From IMG/VR virus record IMGVR_UViG_2651869698_000005, positions 26,138 through 90,137 of that record: DNA of 64,000 nucleotides; one strand, 5' to 3'. The translations under genes and the position numbers were made by a program. The notes beneath the pieces are model-generated. The model had not been told where the DNA came from and made no database searches. It saw only the letters and a program-made list of their open reading frames with translations. The DNA is from a virus. Taxonomy: Duplodnaviria > Caudoviricetes. Within the stretch, counting starts at the first letter, position 1. Every line of letters begins with the position of its first letter. Positions 55,329 through 62,647 of this stretch are shown in pieces.

Positions 55329-55520
55329 CTCGTCCTCCGCGTCCACCTCGTCGAGGTCGATCTCGACGCAGCGGCCGGTCACCGCTCCCTTCTCGTCGGT
55401 GACGGTGAAGCAGGTCGCGGTCGACTCGGGGTTGCGGTGGATCCTCAACGCGGCGCGGGCGGCCTCGGTGGGGTTCTCGGCTTCGATCTGGATCTGCCAG
55501 CTCACGGTGTACTCGGCCAT
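55311..55520 (-). CDS. Hypothetical protein
   Basis: YTVSWQIQIEAENPTEAA. Confidence 0.6.
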   Translation of the reverse strand: MAEYTVSWQIQIEAENPTEAARAALRIHRNPESTATCFTVTDEKGAVTGRCVEIDLDEVDAEDEVTPTD

Positions 55521-55744
55521 CAGAGCGATGCCTCGGTGGGGGATCCGCAGCGGTGCAGGGCATTCCAGTCGGTCGGGAGGAACCCGCCCTTGTTCAGCCA
55601 GGCGTCGAGATCCTCGAATCGCTCGACGAACTGCCATGCGGCGGCGTAATCGGCCTCGCCGCCGCTCACCGGGCCGTCGATGGCGTCGCGGAACTGGGTG
55701 ACGGCTGCGCGGACGAGCTCGAGGGTTGCGTCGGGATCCATCAC
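55520..55744 (-). CDS. Hypothetical phage protein
   Basis: MDPDATL...LDAWLNKGGFLPTDW. Confidence 0.7.
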   Translation of the reverse strand: MMDPDATLELVRAAVTQFRDAIDGPVSGGEADYAAAWQFVERFEDLDAWLNKGGFLPTDWNALHRCGSPTEASL

Positions 55745-55971
55745 GCCACCGCCTTGCCGGCGTAGGTGATGGCCGGGGCGACGATGGCATGTGCGGGAAC
55801 GATATTGGCGATCGGTACGTCGATCACGTCACCCGAGGTGGTGATGACCGCGGCGACGCGCTTGCCGTCGAGGTCGAGATCGTAGGCGATGACCTCGAGG
55901 ATCGGTGTCGGCGGTTCGATGCCGGCCGGATCGATGGCGAAGCTGCGCGTGTAGACGGGTGCTGTCTGCAT
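55741..55971 (-). CDS. Hypothetical protein
   Basis: Preceded by the hairpin motif and RBS. Confidence 0.6.
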   Translation of the reverse strand: MQTAPVYTRSFAIDPAGIEPPTPILEVIAYDLDLDGKRVAAVITTSGDVIDVPIANIVPAHAIVAPAITYAGKAVA

Positions 55972-56031
55972 GGCTGGTGTCCTTTCGGGTGCTAGCCCCG
56001 GTGGCAGCCGGGGTGCGAGGCGAGGGGTCGA

Positions 56032-56136
56032 TCAGTTGTGCAGGTTGTACAGGCTGATGCCGTTGACGATCGCCTTGAAGGCGTAGCCGATCAGATCGCC
56101 GAGGACGGGGAGCAGGGGGCCGAGGGCGGCGGACAT
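56032..56136 (-). CDS. 34-aa hydrophobic peptide
   Basis: GAAAGG RBS; MSAALGPLLPVLGDLIGYAFKAIVNGISLYNLHN. Confidence 0.5.
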   Translation of the reverse strand: MSAALGPLLPVLGDLIGYAFKAIVNGISLYNLHN

Positions 56137-56187
56137 GGTGTGCCTTTCGTGGAGGGGGTGATGCGGGATCTCCCGCGTCGTTACGGA

Positions 56188-56217
56188 AAGTTACGCGAAA
56201 CGGTGCGGAACTGGCAA
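56188..56217 (-). promoter_or_regulatory. Early promoter with operator
   Basis: TTGCCA-18-TAACTT; GTTACGCGAAAC at 56190-56201. Confidence 0.7.
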
Positions 56218-56347
56218 CGTGGCATTCGGGCCGATTTGGCCGGCACCGAAACTGGGCCACGGGGCGGGCGACGCGATAGCGATTGCCGGCCGCCAGGAGC
56301 CTCGGAGCCGAACGAGCGGGCCGTCTCGGACATAGATGCTCGGACGG

Positions 56348-56863
56348 TCAGCCGAACGCGCGCTGAGGGCCGCTTGAGGCGCGATCCTGGCCGAGCAGAT
56401 CCTCTACGGCAGCTCGACCAGCGGCGATGTCGACCGGCCCAGCATCGGCGGGCCGATCCTCACGCGGCTGGCGGGCTTTGACTCGCGACCGGGGAGTGTC
56501 CCCGCGGGCGATCCGCCGCGCCTCGGTTTCCTCGCGGAGCCGAGCCACCACCTCGGCGCGATGCTCGGGCGACGATCCGCGGCCACGTAACGCCAGATGC
56601 TGCGAGACCGGTGCCGGGCCCGTACCGCCGGGGCGCATGACGCGGATCAGGTGCGTAACGTGCCCCGGTTCCAGCCACGGCCGGCGGGCGGTCGGTTCGA
56701 GCGGAGTTCCGAAGAAGCGATGCACCGCTGCGACAGCTGCCGGGAGCGTCCACCGTCGCTCACGGGCCTGGAATCCCCACGTCGCTTCGGCCTCGGGGGT
56801 GATCGGCCGGTTGTCGTAAGCGGCGATGACGGCGAGCAGCTGCAGCACCTGGACGTCGTTCAC
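56348..56863 (-). CDS. Replication-associated protein (helicase loader/inhibitor-like)
   Basis: LLAVIAAYDNR...W...AVHRFF...WLEPGHV; follows the initiator. Confidence 0.6.
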   Translation of the reverse strand: MNDVQVLQLLAVIAAYDNRPITPEAEATWGFQARERRWTLPAAVAAVHRFFGTPLEPTARRPWLEPGHVTHLIRVMRPGGTGPAPVSQHLALRGRGSSPEHRAEVVARLREETEARRIARGDTPRSRVKARQPREDRPADAGPVDIAAGRAAVEDLLGQDRASSGPQRAFG

Positions 56864-57969
56864 GCTCCCAGCTCCAACTGGTCGTGCCGGCCGAGCTGCG
56901 GCGCTGACGGGCCGTTGCCGCCGAGTTCGGACATCCGGCGTGCGAGGTAGTCGTGGTTCTGCTGGGAACGGATCGGCCTGGCACTGGCCGACGTGGGCGT
57001 CGAGGAGCGAGCGGGCAACGGATCTTCGTCGGCGAACGAACCCTTGTTGAGCCAGGTCGCCGGGTACTTCGTGAACCCCTTGTCGCGGTTCGGGTCGTCA
57101 GCGTACCGACGTGCAGCCGCGAGAATCACCTCGAGCTCGACGGACTGGCGAGCCTTGATGAACGCCTTGACCGCCGCGGACTTGTCCTTGCGAAGCGGGT
57201 ACGCCGCCCAGAACTCGTCGAAGCCCTCGGGCTGATCGGCCGATGTCCGCGTCGCAGATGCGGGAGATCTTTTAGATACCTCGTTAGAGGTATCTGGGTA
57301 TGGATATGGATACGGATAAGGATTAGGGGTAGGCCTACTGTTGACCGGCGAAGAATCAACTGTTGTGGAAGGGTTAGGCGAACTGTTGATTTCAGGCTCG
57401 GGAAGGGTTGCTTCCTCCTGCTCGAACCGATCGGCCGGAGTTGCGATCCGGCTGCCACCGCGCGGGAATCCGGTCGGGAAGTCGCGGGGGTCGACGGCGT
57501 CGCGTTCGAGGATCGCTGCGAGCTTCTCGCCCGATGTTCCACCGGTCCAGCCGGCAAGCTTCGGGGACTTCTGCTTGAGGCGGCGAAGCTCGTGGACCAT
57601 CACGCCGCGGAGAATCTTCGAGGCGACGGCCGCCATCGCGGTGCACATCGCCGCGGCCGAGTTCGGCACCTTGAGCGTCCCGTCGTGCTTGACGTAGGAA
57701 CGCAGCAGCACCTCCTCGGTCGCCTCGTCGATGACGATGAACTGGCGCTCAGCGAGGGTCATGGCGGCCGAATAGACCGCGGTGGGCGTCCAGCCCTCGG
57801 ACTTCGCCGCGATCCTGGCAGGACGCCAATCAGCCACGCCGCACGCGGTCATGGTGGGGTCGGTCGAGAGAACGAAGTACAGGTGCTGCGCCGGCGGCGG
57901 CAGAGCGCGGAAGTCGTCGTCGTTCCAGATGTCGGTGTTGGTCCTGGCGTACTCGCGGCCCTTCGCCAT
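56860..57969 (-). CDS. Phage replication initiator protein
   Basis: IWNDDDFRALPPPAQHLYF; FDEFWAAYPLRKDK; YPATWLN. Confidence 0.85.
   Translation of the reverse strand: MAKGREYARTNTDIWNDDDFRALPPPAQHLYFVLSTDPTMTACGVADWRPARIAAKSEGWTPTAVYSAAMTLAERQFIVIDEATEEVLLRSYVKHDGTLKVPNSAAAMCTAMAAVASKILRGVMVHELRRLKQKSPKLAGWTGGTSGEKLAAILERDAVDPRDFPTGFPRGGSRIATPADRFEQEEATLPEPEINSSPNPSTTVDSSPVNSRPTPNPYPYPYPYPDTSNEVSKRSPASATRTSADQPEGFDEFWAAYPLRKDKSAAVKAFIKARQSVELEVILAAARRYADDPNRDKGFTKYPATWLNKGSFADEDPLPARSSTPTSASARPIRSQQNHDYLARRMSELGGNGPSAPQLGRHDQLELGA
57270..57392. other. Candidate replication origin inside the initiator gene
   Basis: Locally AT-richer; GGATAY-type hexamer run, ACTGTTG x3, AGATACCTC/GAGGTATCT inverted repeat. 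Confidence 0.45.
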
Positions 57970-57970
57970 G

Positions 57971-58276
57971 TCAGGCGCTCCTCTCGGTCGATACGGGTTC
58001 GTGGTTGCGTTTGAGTTCGAGGCGCTCGCGGATCCGAGCGACGGTGTACAGGGTCAGCGCGGTGTGCTTCTCGATCTCTCGATCGGTCATGCCGTTGCGC
58101 ACCAGCAGCCGGATCAGCTGCGCGCGATCGACGGTCGTGAGCGCCTCGGCCGGCAGCTCGCCGTCGACGGCCAGCCGGAACGAGTTCGGATGGTCGGCGT
58201 ACAAACCGCGGGCGATGCGCTTGTCGGCACCGGTGAAGATAAGCGGAGGGCGGCTGTTGGTCGCCTCGTCGGTCAT
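57971..58276 (-). CDS. HTH protein
   Basis: GMTDREIEKHT...TVARIRERLEL. Confidence 0.65.
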   Translation of the reverse strand: MTDEATNSRPPLIFTGADKRIARGLYADHPNSFRLAVDGELPAEALTTVDRAQLIRLLVRNGMTDREIEKHTALTLYTVARIRERLELKRNHEPVSTERSA

Positions 58277-58476
58277 CGGATCGACTCGATGATCTCGCGG
58301 GCCGATCTGACCGCGTCGGCGTTCTCCTCGCAGAGGACGCGGACGCCGTGTGCGGCGCAGTACGGCTGGTCGGGCCAGCGGCCGGTGGTGTCGATGTACC
58401 GCATGACGGCGGTCGTTCCGCATTCGGAGAACAGATCCTGATAGCTGCAGGAGATGGAGTCGAGGCCGAGCTGCAT
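58273..58476 (-). CDS. Small Cys-containing protein
   Basis: C...CG...YCAAHG. Confidence 0.55.
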   Translation of the reverse strand: MQLGLDSISCSYQDLFSECGTTAVMRYIDTTGRWPDQPYCAAHGVRVLCEENADAVRSAREIIESIR

Positions 58477-58551
58477 CGGGGTGATCCTTTCGGGGGTGGA
58501 GCAGGAGAGGGGTCGTCAGCTGGCAGGCCGGCGACCCCTCCTCGAATCCTC

Positions 58552-59517
58552 TTACGCGGCGGCCGGTTCCGGCACTACCTCGGCGTCGACAGGGGCGGTC
58601 GCATCGGGCTCGGTACTCGCCACGCCGATGTCGAACGCGCGGGCCTTCGCCATCTCCATCACCGTCGCCGCGTTGGTGCCGGTCAGCGTCCGCTCTGCCT
58701 CGTAGTACAGGTCGAGGAGCCGGTCCTTGACCGTCTCCACCTCGATGCGCTTTGACAGCGACTCGACGAGATCTGCCTCGGTGTCCCCGCTCGGGGCTGC
58801 CGGCTGGCCGCCCTGCTGGTTCATCCGTGCGGCGAATCCGGCCGCGCCGCCCTGCTGCTTGGGCTGCTCGACGCGCTCGGAGGAGGCCTGCCGGGCCTGA
58901 CGGCGATCTCCGAGGTCGGTCACCGTCTGGCCGTCCTCGTCGACGACCTGGTTGTTCATCTCGTCGGTGGTGTAGATGCCCGACAGATCCTGCGGGTATG
59001 CCTTGCGGAGTGAGAGCGCTTCGGCGCACTTGGCGATCATCAGCGCGCCCTTGGTGTTCCACATCTGCGTGACCTGGCCGTTGCCCTTCTTGCCGACGTA
59101 TTCGTCCCACAGGGCGATCGCCGGGTACCGAGCGCCGTCACGGATGACGGTGACCTTTGCCGCGCGCGGCTTATCCTTGCTGAGCCAGACGTCGGTCCAC
59201 TTGCCATCCTCGCCGCACCACAGGGTGTCCTCGTAGCCGAGGGTGCCGTTCGAGCGGTCGGTGGCGCGGCGGGCGATCAGCCGGAATCCGTCGATGCCGG
59301 TCTGGATCGTCTGCTTGCCCTGGCGCTCGATCATGTAGATCTGCTTGGCGAACGGGTCGAGGCCGGTGCGCTGGCACTGGTGGAAGAACACGGCGAGGTC
59401 GCCGTTGGCGGCCTGGACGCCGAGCTGCGCGAGCGCCGCCTTCTGCTTCTCCGACCAGAAGTCCTGATCGTTGCCGATGACCAGCGCGGAGCCGGTGTGG
59501 AGTTCGAGAGATGTCAT
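58552..59517 (-). CDS. RecT/Bet-like single-strand annealing protein
   Basis: GLDPFAKQIY, QTGIDGFR, MIAKCAEALSLRKAYP. Confidence 0.92.
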   Translation of the reverse strand: MTSLELHTGSALVIGNDQDFWSEKQKAALAQLGVQAANGDLAVFFHQCQRTGLDPFAKQIYMIERQGKQTIQTGIDGFRLIARRATDRSNGTLGYEDTLWCGEDGKWTDVWLSKDKPRAAKVTVIRDGARYPAIALWDEYVGKKGNGQVTQMWNTKGALMIAKCAEALSLRKAYPQDLSGIYTTDEMNNQVVDEDGQTVTDLGDRRQARQASSERVEQPKQQGGAAGFAARMNQQGGQPAAPSGDTEADLVESLSKRIEVETVKDRLLDLYYEAERTLTGTNAATVMEMAKARAFDIGVASTEPDATAPVDAEVVPEPAAA

Positions 59518-60641
59518 GCTGCATTCCTTTCGGGGGTGGCGGTGGCAGCCGCCGTGAGTGCATCGGTGAGTGGGTTGTCGTGCAGGCCGAGTTCGTCGAT
59601 CCGCTGGGCGGCGAGACGCTCGGCACGGAGGGCGCGGAGCTGGGCGATGTCGACCGGCTTGGTGGGCTTCTTGAGCGTCGCCCCGCCGCCCTTGGTGCCG
59701 GTACGGGTGGCGATGATCAGCGGCTCGAGCTTCGGGCGCGGCTTGCCGGCCTTGGTGAACGTCTGGATCGCGTCGGGGATGATCGCCTGGCGGGCCTTGC
59801 CCATCACGCGGAACACGTCGGACTTCGCCTTGTTGAACCGACCTTCTGCCCGCTCGTACTCGGCAATCGACTCGGTGTATTCGATCGCCAGGTCCAGGTT
59901 GATCTCCCACTGCTCGCCGTCGCCGCGGTCGATCTCGGGGTTGACCTTGCGCAGCGCCTCGAACGTCTCGGCGCGGGTGTCGTTGACGGGCTCGATGTCG
60001 AGGATCAGCGACCGCATGAACGCGGCGACGCGGAACTCGACGTCGGCGAAGATCTGCTCGTCGTAGTGGACCCAGTAGGTTTCCTGGTCGTCGATCATCG
60101 GACCCGACTTGATGTACGCCGCGCGCACCAGGTTCGGGTAGGTGTACCGGCCGATCAGGATCTGCCAGATGCCCTGAGCGAGGTAGTCGTACGGGATCAC
60201 ATCGCTGCCGGGGTCGCCCCACTGGAAGTGGTCGGCCCACTGGCCGGTGGTCTTGCAGTCGATGACGATGATCTCGCCGGTCTCACGGTGACGGGCGACG
60301 CTGTCGGGGGTGGCAGCTGCCTCGTAGCCGAGATCGGGGCGGGTCATCAGAACCTCGCCGGCCGCTATCCGCTCCCATTCGGGGTGCTCGTCGAACCACT
60401 TCCGCAGGAATCCCTCCTCGAGGTAGTGCCCGCGGGACTGCACCTTGTTCGAGGTGCGGGGGAACTTGTCGGGGTGGCGCATCTTGAGCCACATCGACTT
60501 CTCGGAGTCGTGGGTGGACATGCCGATCATGGCCGCGACCTTCGAGGCCGTCGCGGTGCGGAGCCAGCCGCCAGCGCCGGGGGTCATGTCCTGATCGTCG
60601 GGGCAGGCGGCGGGCTCGGGCCGGGTCATCGTGTCGATCAC
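59514..60641 (-). CDS. RecE/YqaJ-like exonuclease
   Basis: TASKVAAMIG, RGHYLE, ATPD, DCKT, YLAQ..WQ. Confidence 0.85.
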   Translation of the reverse strand: MIDTMTRPEPAACPDDQDMTPGAGGWLRTATASKVAAMIGMSTHDSEKSMWLKMRHPDKFPRTSNKVQSRGHYLEEGFLRKWFDEHPEWERIAAGEVLMTRPDLGYEAAATPDSVARHRETGEIIVIDCKTTGQWADHFQWGDPGSDVIPYDYLAQGIWQILIGRYTYPNLVRAAYIKSGPMIDDQETYWVHYDEQIFADVEFRVAAFMRSLILDIEPVNDTRAETFEALRKVNPEIDRGDGEQWEINLDLAIEYTESIAEYERAEGRFNKAKSDVFRVMGKARQAIIPDAIQTFTKAGKPRPKLEPLIIATRTGTKGGGATLKKPTKPVDIAQLRALRAERLAAQRIDELGLHDNPLTDALTAAATATPERNAA

Positions 60642-60781
60642 AGCGACCACACCCAGGCGTAGAACAGGATCAGGACCGAGGCGACGGTGCCAGCGAGGGT
60701 GTAGATCCACTCGGCGAGGGTCGGCTGCGAATTGGTGGATGCGTCGACCGTGGTCGGCGTTGTATGATGAGCGGGCATCAT
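60638..60781 (-). CDS. Small membrane protein
   Basis: C-terminal TM helix; GGGAG RBS; start may lie further upstream. Confidence 0.5.
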   Translation of the reverse strand: MMPAHHTTPTTVDASTNSQPTLAEWIYTLAGTVASVLILFYAWVWSL

Positions 60782-60891
60782 GCTCCCTGCAAGGGGTGGC
60801 AACTTTCGGGTGTGATTACCGGCTTCGCGCAAAACCCTTGGCAGAGGGGCGGGGCCGGTTTTCTCGTTCTCGAGGTATCTCGTCGGCGCGC

Positions 60892-61131
60892 TCATGCTGC
60901 GGGCTCGTACGGGTGCTGTTCGAGGTAGGCCTCGAGGTCGCTGCGGGCGATCCTGACGCCGATGCCGGCGATCTTCGAGGCCGGCAGGCGGCCGGCGTAG
61001 ACGGCCTTGCGGATCGAGCTCTCCGACGTCGAGAGCAGATCGGCGGCCCCCTGGTACGTCAGCCCGATCCTGGCTGAGAGCGGGATTACAGTTGAAGCTT
61101 CATCCCCGCTAGAATCCGTGTTACGCGACAT
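60892..61131 (-). CDS. Excisionase/Cro-like HTH protein
   Basis: LTYQGAADLLSTSESSIRKAVYAGRLPA...VRIARSDLEAY. Confidence 0.8.
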   Translation of the reverse strand: MSRNTDSSGDEASTVIPLSARIGLTYQGAADLLSTSESSIRKAVYAGRLPASKIAGIGVRIARSDLEAYLEQHPYEPAA

Positions 61132-61394
61132 TTCGCACCCTTTCTTGTAACGGTTACGTGAACTACCGCTCTGCGGCATGTGCGTAACGATACGCGGAAC
61201 AAGTGCGGAACCGCAACTCGTTTGACCACTTTCGACCACAATAGATCGGACTCGACCTGGTGAAACGTGATGGAAGGGTGCGGAACAGCCGATAAGTAAT
61301 CGGAACGGTTTCGAGTGCGCTAGGCTGCCTTACGTTCACGGCGAGTTCGTAACAGAAGCCGTAACTACGCCAAACAATGCGATACGCTGCGCAT
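61120..61394. promoter_or_regulatory. Divergent lysis/lysogeny switch region
   Basis: Leftward TTGCGG-18-TATCGT; many GTTACG/CGTAAC/CGGAAC half sites; TACGCT just before the repressor ATG. Confidence 0.7.
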
Positions 61395-61781
61395 ATGGAC
61401 ACCACGAAGGAGCAGCTGCTCGGCGACCACATCCGCCGTGCGAGACAAGCAATGTCGTTATCGCTCCGCAAGGCCGCGGATCGAGCAGGGATCAGCGACA
61501 GCCGGTGGCGACAGATCGAGAAAGGAGTGCAGCGACGCAACGGCGTCGACTACCCGGCGGTGACGACAGCCGAGACGCTGGTCTCTATCGCAGACGCGGT
61601 CGAGCTCGACGCCAAGGAGTTGCTCGAGATCGCAGGGTTCCCCCCTGAGCAAGCCGATGTAGTAACGCGGACACCGCCAGCCGCGAAAAGTAACGTGATC
61701 GACCTCAACGACTTCCCGGCGCGTGACGCCGAAGTCATCAGGGCGTTCATCCAAGGGTTAGGGCATAGCCGAAAGAAGTGA
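61395..61781 (+). CDS. Immunity repressor (XRE HTH)
   Basis: IRRARQAMSLSLRKAADRAGISDSRWRQIEKG; divergent from the early operon; alternative start at 61377. Confidence 0.85.
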   Translation: MDTTKEQLLGDHIRRARQAMSLSLRKAADRAGISDSRWRQIEKGVQRRNGVDYPAVTTAETLVSIADAVELDAKELLEIAGFPPEQADVVTRTPPAAKSNVIDLNDFPARDAEVIRAFIQGLGHSRKK

Positions 61782-61927
61782 GCCCCCGGCTCACCAGCGA
61801 GAGAGCAGGACGGCAGCAAGCGGCAACGGAGTGTGTCGGTCGGGAGATGTACAAAGGAACAAAAGTCGGGCTACCGGCCACGTAGGGGTGGCCGGTGCAC
61901 ATTTATTGAAGGGTTCACACAAACAAG

Positions 61928-62563
61928 ATGGAAACGCTCGCCGGCCTCACTGCTGTCCGTATGCGCACATACGACGCTTTCGCTGACGCTCTCAACCGCG
62001 GCATACACGTCGAGTACCTCGACATCGAGTCCGCCAAACTCCTCTGGTTGCCCGAATCTCACGCGATCGTCATCAGCTCGCACGTGGACACGATGCGAGA
62101 GCGCCGCGACCTGGTCGCCCACGCGATCGCCCACGCCGACATCGAGAAGTCGCAGACGATGCGCAAGTACCGTGCCGGCCGTGGCTGTGAAGCAACGATC
62201 GAGCGCCGTGTTCGCAGGATCGCATCCCGACGGCTCATCCACACCGAGTCCCTCGCCGAGGTGCTCACCCTGACCCGCTCGGCCACCGAGGTCGCCGACC
62301 TCTTCGACGTGACTATCGCCACCCTCGCCGACCGGATCCGCGATATGACCGCCCGTGAGTCACGCCTGTTCGGGCGTCTCGCCCGCCAGCTCGCCTGGCC
62401 GAACTACTCGCACACGCCCGCCGAGACGACCTGTGGCATCGGACACCGCGGGCAGAGCAGGGTCGTCGAAGCCGTGTCCTCCGCCTCGGCGCGCGCAGCC
62501 TGCCATCCCCTCGCTCAGATCGGCATCGCTGCCGCTGCCATCTCGGCGACGTACCACCTCTAA
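61928..62563 (+). CDS. IrrE/ImmA-like protein lacking the catalytic Glu
   Basis: ERRDLVAHAIAH...E...ASRRLI...VADLFDVT; next to the repressor. Confidence 0.7.
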   Translation: METLAGLTAVRMRTYDAFADALNRGIHVEYLDIESAKLLWLPESHAIVISSHVDTMRERRDLVAHAIAHADIEKSQTMRKYRAGRGCEATIERRVRRIASRRLIHTESLAEVLTLTRSATEVADLFDVTIATLADRIRDMTARESRLFGRLARQLAWPNYSHTPAETTCGIGHRGQSRVVEAVSSASARAACHPLAQIGIAAAAISATYHL

Positions 62564-62591
62564 ACCCCCAGCAGCACGTCTGCTTCGGGCA

Positions 62592-62635
62592 GACGAACAA
62601 AGCCCCCGCTTCTTCCCAGCGGGGGCGTTCGTCGT
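62592..62635. terminator. Terminator between convergent genes
   Basis: GCCCCCGCT-N7-AGCGGGGGC with flanking ACGAAC/GTTCGT. Confidence 0.7.
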
Positions 62636-62647
62636 TCTAGGGGTCAA

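Noticed and set aside
61120-61394. LexA/SOS box in the switch region
   Set aside because: No TCGAAC-N4-GTTCGA match; the repeats fit the phage operator instead.
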